The notes under the pieces: generated by a model
Seen by the model: only the letters and a program-made list of their open reading frames with translations
What the model was told of the DNA's origin: nothing
Databases searched by the model: none
Shown here: in pieces, positions 19,001 to 21,495 of the stretch
Numbering within the stretch: position 1 is the stretch's first letter
How the letters are laid out: every line of letters starts with the position of its first letter
Made by a program: the position numbers and the translations under genes
NCBI GenBank assembly: GCA_028713895.1
Contig: JAQTNH010000001.1
Span: 546,979-578,978, forward strand
Length of the DNA stretch: 32,000 nt
Direction of reading: 5' to 3'
Source: Candidatus Nanoarchaeia archaeon
Lineage (GTDB): Archaea > Nanobdellota > Nanobdellia > CSSed11-243R1

Positions 19001-19060
19001 TTTTTTGGGCGTATTTGGGTTATTGTATTCTCCAATAACTGAGTTTTCGGGCTCAGGCAT
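4067..19060 (-). CDS. Giant (4,997 aa) type-II membrane surface protein: cytoplasmic N-terminal wHTH, one TM helix, repetitive ectodomain of ~4,850 aa (Ig-like, FN3-like, propeller-like) rich in N-x-S/T (adhesin/surface-layer-like)
   Basis: Single uninterrupted 14,994-nt ORF with a TATA box ~26 nt upstream of its ATG. Domain and repeat evidence is itemised in the sub-features below. There is no C-terminal anchor, so the N-terminal TM is the only membrane segment I see. Confidence 0.95.
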   Translation of the reverse strand: MPEPENSVIGEYNNPNTPKKSRSHLDILKIMLVEPNKEHTLNEIQEKLSISYEPAYRYMQELIEKNYVSQRVSAHNKRFFSVNLKNSVVLNEVDCAKMPKTPVFSLSEPPKKDSKLLMYASLILILCAALSPIFIMTGMFSGQEHQYKEELQLTFSSDEYNYSWDMQNYNENTTLKSVMISGYTIGEGNTTMYLEDNSGNRLLILDTSELASTKKSGITAYAIKGRAIAEETGTPSETIEISSPEQTPVEEAPAQETVSENTTEEAQQEVIYKSFNFLCDETCMLDEYSLNQSSYTLYFVSTGNVSVTITEIDYTLIENQNITEEISNESETNETLNQTPPENVTLSNYTIINANGEVVHATMLFTPKAQEDVFGTSSVQSFEIASEEGANETIPTGIYEVTVELQEGPITGIIIHDMIVSENQTGFIKVDDTPESEGSVETYAIDPTAINFTSADVTVTAKGNALYKCANWSFEGQACNGKWILAQKINSGKEYTFELTAEDPAFKEIYVLSAEHLDADKNFVSDIFNETITRDFIWSEPIYHNEYVRVYFDDDMTNGNVINLYPRNMQGLNTKVEIYDETGSVRVGEITVTTDMQYNIEISGMTGYSDTFLLKIVNADNNPGAYIEFDYIHDSNWLVPTSWTADGNWTKGQKAYDDNTGTYASDASGSSIATWGSFITFNLSQNITSDKVRVYADYGYGYTDAVQVDVFDANSNSWVTIRNGSMLDSTWDEMGYGTDITVNAARFRWHYSASGTVFWLYEFQFSNKSASYLPVVTTNNATSVGKTSAVMHGTLASDGGEVCDVRFEYGLTTSYGNTTAWLSDRRSTGSNFTYILSGLEFNTTYYYRAQANNSKGIANGSYVEFTTRIPDYGWLSPNGYSDPNNEWTWEERAYDDVLDSESKAKSYHNLNDADGNWSFPIILNITPSINSDMLRFYAKGVDMDMVNISVFKDNAWELVYSGAYNDLVWNELNFTAGNLSAAKFEFKIVNNGNGEYWELYDVDFFNTPVSVILNETVENSKKEPINHTLKLIDKKGDVVYNDTGVSHSKKIKKGTYDIVVEPVNSTIKQIVFDDVNIDTNITNIVNIDEPANNGEAIQTYAIDPTAINFTIANVTVTAKGNILQKCKDWNFTNQTCEGEWITIKSITPGELYNVTLTPEDPGFAEIVSQNSSKDLDTTPIDNTTFVMAYVADTNIAYFKVYNTNGTVISNGIIDSANLPLYPRIAVSAINQTHFVVAWTNDHDTAANICNITLAIYNISGAKLTSDIIVDDNIAAATGDSHITDLSATQMGNRFVVGWSDDSEGDASFKIFDNAGTNLTGIIDVDPTVATPSALVDFISVSAINSTRFVYGWWDQGVNDLAFIIYDGTGAEAVARINVDPTAGTDSRLSVAGLDNDKFVYAFYLSNDQDLGYTVIYKNGTASIANTVIEPDAGPTTGTWLDVAAVKAENYANDSFVLAWYNATAGNIVAATYYGNGTKIAAFTVDSEENIDYKLMSVMGKESVTGQQICPGKFIIAYSNSSNATTLKKYYLNGTQWDGACGAAADTAPTVDLVSPANGNVTTLNSANFICNATDTAQLANLTLYWNYSGTWQSNGTTTVTGTGNNTTFARTGLSNGAIKWNCHACDNSSQCSFALSNWTFTVKSPNITWINQTPADVTSFGNIGMPLNITYNLTAANGLNVSSISLYYKTNISTSDCWTTFNGSDGYCGYQTKNWTSNTSDMWLWQLLDNQIYPGTYNLNEGGIELTPHTTYNLTSKTNDLLKLRLFNVSNTKQYSFFEFMALNRSATSALLKVWYCNSTYTTGNPSAPAQAGTCTNFYSLAAATTYNHTHSVHSSHYVAIFAINVTNGMIGTIKVTPVSYFMFDPTGSGVQGWDIYYITNVSRTDTTQNSTNKGGAWTNLTGTVDAHLHQYNSTEILYYYVCANDTLGNGECSPVILDTLNLSGLPPTPPYVYQPNESYYSGNITINYTAALSPNQYPIAYYNISLVHPNLTFAQTIQSNNSVNLSYRWNSTAATNGDYLIRVEACDNNSLCSYGYSSNFTINNLKANNCSLIFDQTSPKPYGTDLTATCSCFVGAATLYRNGADVNSTENGNPISLGAGTYNYMCNTTGNANYTNASNSSTFVMDKATNPVTLLLNGSAANLTESYGQASNATASAAAGTAYLYRNGTQVASGASPQSEVATFGAGLYVYKANATGNANYLDNATGMAWNLTVSQATPTCSLTFDKTSPQEYGALLTANCSCTIGGALYRNGTNVTATENSTATLLNVSAWNYICNTTGDANYTSASNTSSFAIQDTTAPAVHLISPANSTITDSASQTFRCNITDSYQISNLTLYIWNSTNSQIYANTTSLSGTTNSSNYTFTLPYEGSFIWNCYGKDSSSNPVWASEGNYTIVLGATQPQVYYNPSTDANDTWYNRNWILVNATAADLNKDTVLLYWNGTPEAFANNAGDVYWSNKTGLSDGAYNFSAWINDTTSNINQTDTRFVYVDTTYPQIQFTAPTNSSGITVNLNWIAANVSINESDLKNFTYYLYNTTLVNSTAYTSYPTMINWTGLADGAYYYNATVYDKAGNYNFTETRNLTLSTGTIIITINSPSSTVYNTTSIILNTTIAGTGIDTCWYSTDSWATNTTYDCSNTTIIVAQGVITLHIAANNTAGTVFTNSVIFTADATAPQWFNASINATNVYWNDTIKFNATWNDNINLTGYIFSNNQSGAWVNSSFVPFSGTTNVSENITAITAAAGTNVSWYFWANDSAGNPNQTGIQSFIVQSIPTTVTFSTDNETYPQGRSPGSGYDIYINFNARYLDNLGNPILGANCSVLNNQSSSQAAILDLDYNLSSGNYTGNISTFDLYDTVKFNITCSKSNYDTANNTTTAQVWFYGYLWEFTNRTYDTDIWTTHYIRKEPTDGIPHTRTYDVNLSTGLNIIDPIIFCGSNADCSFVNSYLFNPPFTFRMNMSVNDTACKVILCKFSSPHIWEPVYLGCIDPVTIPADTPTIVESNYTGIETSKIDSGFYIGEALYLNCTSPVVEQVNISYNYTNEPANIFIKSAQRLNFDGTMVLSYQLDPGYTLGPNSTSNSTRRYVINFNNSRDAASQDRYIFLSRILAFYPNSIAPNTTYVYNSTGGLLASDNASAGPNETATINSVNQITWTTEMIPAFSEINETVDSLFLDSIRDEERLISNTSANITWNITIVSILVSDLQINNLTVWTNYSGYGVGSGWNITVLKYISGVPADITSQCTFYTGNRTIYLPAINISRFDSYEVVASDVTPPNITFIAPTQLDAATIAYDWTTINASIIDNVAVDSCLLEWNGTNESMAKVGSGSNVTCWANKTSLADGTYTYKVYANDSAGNMNVSGTRTVIIDTSTQIITIESPTNSTYNTSSIWFNLTTGLTDWCGYSLDNAANVTMDNDTLFHSYNLSTVAEGTHNVTFYCNYSSGDFNSSGVVYFTVDLTNPSVYYNPTTTPQANLSQGWIFVNVTCNDTNRDTVVFGWNGANESFDNSAGDLFWENKTGLTDGTYAFYAWCNDTAGNSNSTETRNVTIDQAAPNITFVSPTPDNGTAWTYNWTYINITGNEALSTAILDWNSTNYTMDGSGTNRYYNVTGLSEDLYSYKVYANDSTSNWNVSEPRTVRVDYAPSVIIVSPLDETFDEGFPVPLVANITDKDGINTKYTTVTVPNGTSTNITLYTGGDYDSFAFSLMNVIYHIENSTIGPNQTCVANINSNVSGKAYTAISGDGSPNTGAYCRIFMNYPTYGDFDMNITFNLTSGLQQDSELVFMISEAPISGRTLKSVSLDLSNWTGSTLQYGVYIEDGVIDAYISSRDTNDTNGKFRITRVGYNFTFYTWNNTDSTWTLEATQNNVNISKAVYPTFETDSYASEWGSLSATWDDFYVTHLGYQTNVFTDTGAAGVYNVTVFTNDSYGAINNTEKSNFTITAINDGPTEPFVLIPSANQIVNGNVNITWTDVLDEESNNVQFNITLLNPDLTFNSSVVTGYGNLSSTRYMWNTTTVPDGNYSVRVIVFENDTAELYSRSNTMTGNFTVDNTKPQIEFVSGTTASSNLSQGYIQANVSASDLHFANITVYIYNSTGLVNSSGSSSTGLFVNFTGLPNEDYYLNATATDLAGNTNSTATINITLDTVKPTILFIPQTTGAGTYSQSYIEANASASDLHLDTITIHLHNSSGASEAGHVSEGSSTISPLFTNFTSLPDGQYYLHAVANDSAGNNKTTSMMSIILDTTAPQIEFNSPTRNSGVITVKTYIVANVSITEPILANFTYYLYNSSGLVNSTTYTNHPNFVNWTGLDNGTYYYNVTAYDDVGNFNYTETRNITVNTSAFSFVIDSPTGIYYNTSEVWFNLTTSANATSCNYSLDSAPYLSMGNDSATHWYDSNSSMTEGSHNAAFECSDIYNDIYDFVNFDVDTIYPAIAFASPTTSGNVSQDFIEVNVTSDDSSLAGITVYLYNSTSLVSNLTSSTSPFFANFTSLADGDYYVNATTIDIVGHTNLTATINVTLDTVAPTITIASPTSTAYDNATQLLNLTIDGASNVWYNWNGTNVSYIVPVYIIFPEGNSTITGYANDSAGNLNSTSLTFTIDTTAPMWSNNAASPASPAEEGGSYTFTIDWADMTGVDEAVFEFNGTNYTLSGGGITQNGNAYSITLTGLAIGNYSYMWYSNDSFGHANSTEYRYYILIAAAEEAPSGGGRPSGSGLVPSNITALRCGDSMCSPGELCSTCPQDCGSCQGEYEGIELLEKVNGTAQQINDLECNMLTEKELVYTIKNTGDQPLENVYLDVDCPDEKPVVNEMHYGKKVGWNFVDLVGWGFVGSVKNPKLTEWADKHIFVADKIMPGEEIDVNIKSLVPITESANKKVVFRVLSGDRIVAEETANVKVSMPSSAVAASYNKEDNTLDLYILVNNVWGKNLENVYIEFNMNDGKSTKIFELFGPYKVSANDVLLMADKYLLSDRIESKEHALTIKVYDGIRKLAVAETVLDLKGE
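4070..4834 (-). other. Giant protein aa 4743-4997: compositionally distinct, sequon-poor C-terminal (distal) domain
   Basis: It has one N-x-S/T (NGT) in 255 aa, against 8 and 9 per 100 aa in two upstream windows I counted (aa 2301-2400, 4051-4150). It is K/E/V-rich. The segment ELVYTIKNTGDQPLENVYLDVD is weakly reminiscent of CARDB-type beta-sandwich domains. Confidence 0.6.
4835..4900 (-). other. Giant protein aa 4721-4742: Cys-rich motif CGDSMCSPGELCSTCPQDCGSC
   Basis: Seven Cys in 22 aa in the pattern CG-x-x-x-C-x-x-GE-x-C-x-x-C-x-x-DCG-x-C. Related motifs (CNNTICEPGENLTNCCIDCGC, CGNGICEDLYGKESHRSCDDDC) occur in the secreted protein at 28980-29882. Confidence 0.7.
5516..6922 (-). repeat. 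Giant protein aa 4047-4515: run of ~90-100-aa Ig-like modules, one block of many similar modules between aa ~1546 and ~4600
   Basis: Modules start D(N/T)(T/V)(K/A)P(Q/T)I(E/L)F..., carry ...ANVSASDLH..ITVY(I/L)YNS(T/S)... and end ...Y(Y/L)(L/V)NAT(A/T).D.AGN.N.T...I.L. Related modules occur at aa 1546-1643, 2299-2398, 2404-2585, 3272-3640 and 4517-4596. Confidence 0.75.
12173..12910 (-). repeat. Giant protein aa 2051-2296: three tandem ~85-aa repeats
   Basis: Unit 1 is CSLIFDQTSPKPYGTDLTATCSC...LYRNGADV...GAGTYNYMCNTTGNANYTNASNSSTF and unit 3 is CSLTFDKTSPQEYGALLTANCSC...LYRNGTNV...SAWNYICNTTGDANYTSASNTSSF. A Cys-less middle unit sits between them (...AYLYRNGTQV...GAGLYVYKANATGNANYLDNATG). 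Confidence 0.8.
14441..15514 (-). repeat. Giant protein aa ~1183-1540: seven tandem repeats of ~50-60 aa (beta-propeller-like)
   Basis: Successive units start FVMAYVAD, FVVAWTND, FVVGWSDD, FVYGWWDQ, FVYAFYLS, FVLAWYNA and FIIAYSNS. Each is followed by a strand-like segment (e.g. ASFKIFDNAGTNLTGIIDVDP, LAFIIYDGTGAEAVARINVDP, LGYTVIYKNGTASIANTVIEPD). Confidence 0.55.
15560..15769 (-). repeat. Giant protein module copy 2 (aa 1098-1167), paralogous to 17531-17740
   Basis: See copy 1. The preceding ~45 aa are also parallel in both copies (IYEVTVE...IIHDMIV...IKVDDTPE versus TYDIVVEP...IVFDDVNI...IVNIDEPA). Confidence 0.85.
16457..16747 (-). other. Giant protein aa 772-868: fibronectin type III-like domain
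   Basis: YLPVVTTNNATSVGKTSAVMHGTLASDGGEVCDVRFEYGLTTSYGNTTAW...FTYILSGLEFNTTYYYRAQANNSKGIANGSYVEFTT matches the common prokaryotic FN3-like pattern (T..AT.V..TSA.L.G.L...G....V.FEYG.TTSYG...GL.P.TTYYYRA.A.N..G...G....FTT). It is flanked by two paralogous ~135-aa modules (16751-17155 and 16046-16444) that share W..P......W.....AYDD... Confidence 0.6.
17531..17740 (-). repeat. Giant protein module copy 1 (aa 441-510), paralogous to 15560-15769
   Basis: ETYAIDPTAINFTSADVTVTAKGNALYKCANWSFEGQACNGKWILAQKINSGKEYTFELTAEDPAFKEIY compared with QTYAIDPTAINFTIANVTVTAKGNILQKCKDWNFTNQTCEGEWITIKSITPGELYNVTLTPEDPGFAEIV gives roughly half identical residues. It includes a 32-nt exact DNA identity (17703-17734 = 15732-15763). 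Confidence 0.85.
18641..18715 (-). other. Giant protein aa 116-140: single transmembrane helix (signal anchor)
   Basis: LLMYASLILILCAALSPIFIMTGMF is 25 uncharged, mostly hydrophobic residues, flanked by KKDSK on the N side and SGQEHQYKEE on the C side. Confidence 0.8.
18776..19060 (-). other. Giant protein aa 1-95: predicted cytoplasmic winged-helix-turn-helix domain
   Basis: SHLDILKIMLVEPNKEHTLNEIQEKLSISYEPAYRYMQELIEKNYVSQRVSAHNKRFFSVN fits the helix, HTH (TLNEIQEKLSIS / YEPAYRYMQEL) and beta-wing layout of ArsR/MarR/TrmB-type wHTH domains. The first 115 aa contain zero N-x-S/T sequons. The basic PPKKDSK segment directly precedes the TM helix (positive-inside rule). Confidence 0.6.
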
Positions 19061-19069
19061 AGTTATTGG
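19032..19069. promoter_or_regulatory. Inverted repeat CCAATAACT(N20)AGTTATTGG spanning the giant gene's start codon (candidate operator)
   Basis: Exact 9-nt arms at 19032-19040 and 19061-19069. An inner complementary pair is CTGAG 19039-19043 / CTCAG 19052-19056. The arms lie at +21..+29 and -1..-9 relative to the A of the ATG (19060), between the TATA box and the coding start. Confidence 0.5.
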
Positions 19070-19082
19070 GAGTCTTTTTTTG

Positions 19083-19090
19083 TTTAAATA
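19083..19090 (-). promoter_or_regulatory. TATA box (TATTTAAA on minus strand) of the giant gene
   Basis: Centred 26-27 nt upstream of ATG 19060..19058, the same geometry as the other first-in-unit genes here. This supports M1, and therefore inclusion of the wHTH, as the translated start. Confidence 0.5.
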
Positions 19091-19113
19091 CTTTATTTAA
19101 GCCGGCTAGTGCG

Positions 19114-19142
19114 CCAATAACTAAGACAAAGTTCCAATAACT
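19114..19142. promoter_or_regulatory. Two direct copies of CCAATAACT exactly 20 bp apart upstream of the giant-gene promoter
   Basis: Exact copies at 19114-19122 and 19134-19142, at -54..-62 and -74..-82 relative to the ATG. Confidence 0.45.
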
Positions 19143-19156
19143 GCACCTTTCTTGCT

Positions 19157-19189
19157 AAAAACTGCCCTTTCTCTTTGCAAAAGAGAAAG
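19157..19189 (-). terminator. Hairpin plus T5 tract downstream of tRNA-Arg(CCT)/pepA (possible terminator)
   Basis: CTTTCTCTTT-GCA-AAAGAGAAAG is a perfect 10-bp stem (19167-19189). On the minus strand it is followed by GGCAGTTTTTAGC, with the T5 at 19161..19157. It lies ~37 nt after the tRNA 3' end. Confidence 0.4.
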
Positions 19190-19225
19190 CGTAAGCTGCG
19201 GAAAGAGAAAACATTTAAAATATAA

Positions 19226-19300
19226 CAGGCCTGGAGGGATTTGAACCCTCGACCTACGCCTTAGGAAAGCGCCGCTCTATCCAAGCTGAGCTACAGGCCT
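19226..19300 (-). tRNA. tRNA-Arg (anticodon CCT), no intron, CCA not encoded
   Basis: AGGCCTG TA GCTC AGCTTGGATA GAGC G GCGCT TTCCTAA GGCGT AGGTC GAGGG TTCAAAT CCCTC CAGGCCT G. The cloverleaf pairs fully, with GU at both ends of the anticodon stem. The anticodon is at 19265..19263. The D-arm is identical and the variable loop and T-arm nearly identical to the tRNA at 3053-3170. Confidence 0.9.
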
Positions 19301-20825
19301 ATTTTTTGAGGAACTCTACCAGCAAACGAAGCCCGGTGCCGGTTCCGCCTTTGGGCAAATATCCTCTTTCTTTGTCCAGGAAAGCAACTCCCACTATATC
19401 AAGATGCACCCATGGCGTGTTTTCTGCGAAGGGCTCCAAGAATACCGCGCCGTTTATTGAGCCTGCCTGCCCTTTTGGGCCAAGATTCCGCAAATCTGCT
19501 ATCTCGCTTTTGATATCATCCTTATATTCCTGGAACATTGGAAAACTCCAGACGCGTTCATAAACCTTTTTGCCAGCGTCTTCCAATAACTGCGCTGCTT
19601 TGCTGTCATTGCTGAACATTCCTATTGTGTGAACTCCAAGCGCCACAACAACCGCGCCGGTAAGGGTTGCCAAATCGATTATTAAATCTGGTTTGTAATT
19701 GCGCACAGTATAGGATATTGCATCTGCAAGCACCAGTCTGCCTTCTGCATCTGTGTTTGCAACTTCAACAGTGATTCCATTGTAAGATTTTAGTATATCC
19801 CCAGGCTTGTAAGCATCCGGACCAATCATGTTTTCTGCTGTGCCAATAACTGCAATAATATTTTTCTTTAATCTTAGTTCTGCAGCTGTTTTAACCAGCC
19901 CAAGAACTGTTGCAGCGCCTGCCATATCGCATTTCATGTCCTGCATTGCAGTTTCAGGCTTAAGGTTCATCCCGCCTGAATCAAATGTAAGCCCCTTTCC
20001 AATAACTGCAATCCGCTCTTTTGAATCAGGATTACCATTGTATTCCATTATAATAAGATAGGGGGAATGCTTGCTGCCTTTCCCAACAGAGTAAATAAGA
20101 TTGAGCCCCTGCTCCTTTAGTTCGCTTGCATCGAGAATTTTTATTTTTAATTTATTCGCATCTGCAATTGACTTTGACATCTCAACAATCTCCTCAGGAT
20201 GCTCGATGCTTCCGCTTTCGTTCACCCAGTCGCGCACAAGATTCACATTATTGCAGAGTTTCTGGGTTTCTTCAACCAATTCCTTGTATTTGCTTTCTGC
20301 AAGAACAGTCATGTTCCTGATTTCCTTTGCGCGCGGTTCAAGGGTTTTGTACCTGTCAAAATGATAGTCCCCAAGCAAAAGCCCCTCTACAATTGCCTTG
20401 ATTAGCCCATGTTTTTCAAATTTCAAATCTGGGAGCAGGACTGTAAAATCGTTAACCTGCGAAAACTTCAGCAGGCGGATTGCTGCTGCATAAGCCTTGC
20501 GGATTTTTTCCAAATCAAGTTTTGCTCCTTCATCCAAGCCTACAAACAGATAGCGCTTTGGCTTTTTGTCGTGAATATTAGGAACCAAATCAGTTTCGCA
20601 GAACTCTGCGCGGAAAAGCGTGGCTTTCAGCACTTTTGACATCTCGCCTGAATCAGACTTGCGCATTTCAGCAAGCTTTTCCTTTGTCAAGGCGCAGATT
20701 AAGACATCACTGTCCATATTATCATACTTTTCCTGGCTAAGCTTTATGTTTTGTATCCCCATATTTTCAGATTTTTCAGTATACATAGCAATCCCTTCAT
20801 TCGTTATGTTTAAAATGTATTGCAT
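19299..20825 (-). CDS. pepA: Leucyl aminopeptidase, peptidase family M17 (likely true start at M14, nt 20786)
   Basis: Contains the M17 signature NTDAEGRLVLADA plus VIGKGLTFDSGG and DMAGAA metal/active-site blocks. The longest ORF leaves only 13 nt to the divergent gene. A TATA element at 20809-20816 is 26 nt from the ATG at 20786..20784 (M14), so 19299..20786 is my preferred model. Confidence 0.95.
   Translation of the reverse strand: MQYILNITNEGIAMYTEKSENMGIQNIKLSQEKYDNMDSDVLICALTKEKLAEMRKSDSGEMSKVLKATLFRAEFCETDLVPNIHDKKPKRYLFVGLDEGAKLDLEKIRKAYAAAIRLLKFSQVNDFTVLLPDLKFEKHGLIKAIVEGLLLGDYHFDRYKTLEPRAKEIRNMTVLAESKYKELVEETQKLCNNVNLVRDWVNESGSIEHPEEIVEMSKSIADANKLKIKILDASELKEQGLNLIYSVGKGSKHSPYLIIMEYNGNPDSKERIAVIGKGLTFDSGGMNLKPETAMQDMKCDMAGAATVLGLVKTAAELRLKKNIIAVIGTAENMIGPDAYKPGDILKSYNGITVEVANTDAEGRLVLADAISYTVRNYKPDLIIDLATLTGAVVVALGVHTIGMFSNDSKAAQLLEDAGKKVYERVWSFPMFQEYKDDIKSEIADLRNLGPKGQAGSINGAVFLEPFAENTPWVHLDIVGVAFLDKERGYLPKGGTGTGLRLLVEFLKK
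20809..20816. promoter_or_regulatory. Shared bidirectional TATA element (TTTAAAAT / ATTTTAAA)
   Basis: Its centre is ~26 nt from the ATG at 20839 (+ gene) and ~26 nt from the ATG at 20786 (pepA M14, minus strand). Confidence 0.45.
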
Positions 20826-20838
20826 GCTTTAATAATTT

Positions 20839-21462
20839 ATGCCAAAGCTTGCGGATAATTTTATTTTGCTGGAAAAAATCGGGCTGAAAATTGCGCCATA
20901 CAAAGTTGTTTTCAACAGCAAGGCTGCACTCAATGCGGCTGATGAGCTTGGTTATCCTGTTGTTCTTAAAATTGGAAGCGACATCCACAAAAAGGATGTC
21001 GGCGGAGTGATTACTAATATACATAACGGGCTTGACATGAGCGAGCTATGGAGAGAAATGCAGGAAAACCTTGAGAAAAACAATGTGCAACCTGACGAAT
21101 TTGTTGTCCAACAGCAGGCATCTGGTGTTGAACTTGTTGTCGGGCTCAAAAAGGACCCTGTTTTTGGGGATATAATAATGCTTGGAAGCGGGGGAACAAT
21201 GGCAGAAGTGATTGAGGATGTTGTTTTCCGCGTGTGCCCAATCACGTTTCAGGACGCAGAAGAGATGATTAGCGAAATCAAAGCAAGCAAGCTGCTGAAG
21301 GGATTCAGGGGAGAAAAACCAGTGAATCTTGAGGCGCTCAAGGATGCGATGTTCAAGCTCTCGCGCATTCACAGGCACATGGAGTTCAGGGAAATTGATG
21401 TCAACCCGCTGATAGTTAATGAGGACGGGGCTTTTGTCGCGGACGCGAGAATCGTAACTTAA
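20839..21462 (+). CDS. ATP-grasp domain protein resembling the beta subunit of ADP-forming acetyl-CoA synthetase (ACD)
   Basis: 207 aa. LGYPVVLKIGSDIHKKDVGGVITNI, GVELVVGLKKDPVFGDIIMLGSGG and REIDVNPLIV match the conserved blocks of ACD-beta / ATP-grasp_5 proteins. No ACD-alpha partner is present in the window. Confidence 0.85.
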   Translation: MPKLADNFILLEKIGLKIAPYKVVFNSKAALNAADELGYPVVLKIGSDIHKKDVGGVITNIHNGLDMSELWREMQENLEKNNVQPDEFVVQQQASGVELVVGLKKDPVFGDIIMLGSGGTMAEVIEDVVFRVCPITFQDAEEMISEIKASKLLKGFRGEKPVNLEALKDAMFKLSRIHRHMEFREIDVNPLIVNEDGAFVADARIVT

Positions 21463-21465
21463 AAG

Positions 21466-21473
21466 TTTATAAA
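21466..21473 (+). promoter_or_regulatory. TATA box (TTTATAAA) for the 21496 gene
   Basis: Centred 26-27 nt upstream of ATG 21496. Confidence 0.45.
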
Positions 21474-21495
21474 GCGCAGTTTTAGTCTGTTTTGT

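Noticed and set aside
4067-19060. Giant gene as a diversity-generating retroelement target
   Set aside because: No reverse transcriptase and no template/variable repeat pair with adenine-specific differences is visible in the window. The only long exact repeat (32 nt) is a module paralogy.
20787-20825. First 13 codons of the longest pepA ORF
   Set aside because: They leave only 13 nt for two divergent promoters. The shared TATA at 20809-20816 is correctly spaced for the ATG at 20786. The longest ORF is kept as the listed feature coordinates, but the shorter model is preferred.
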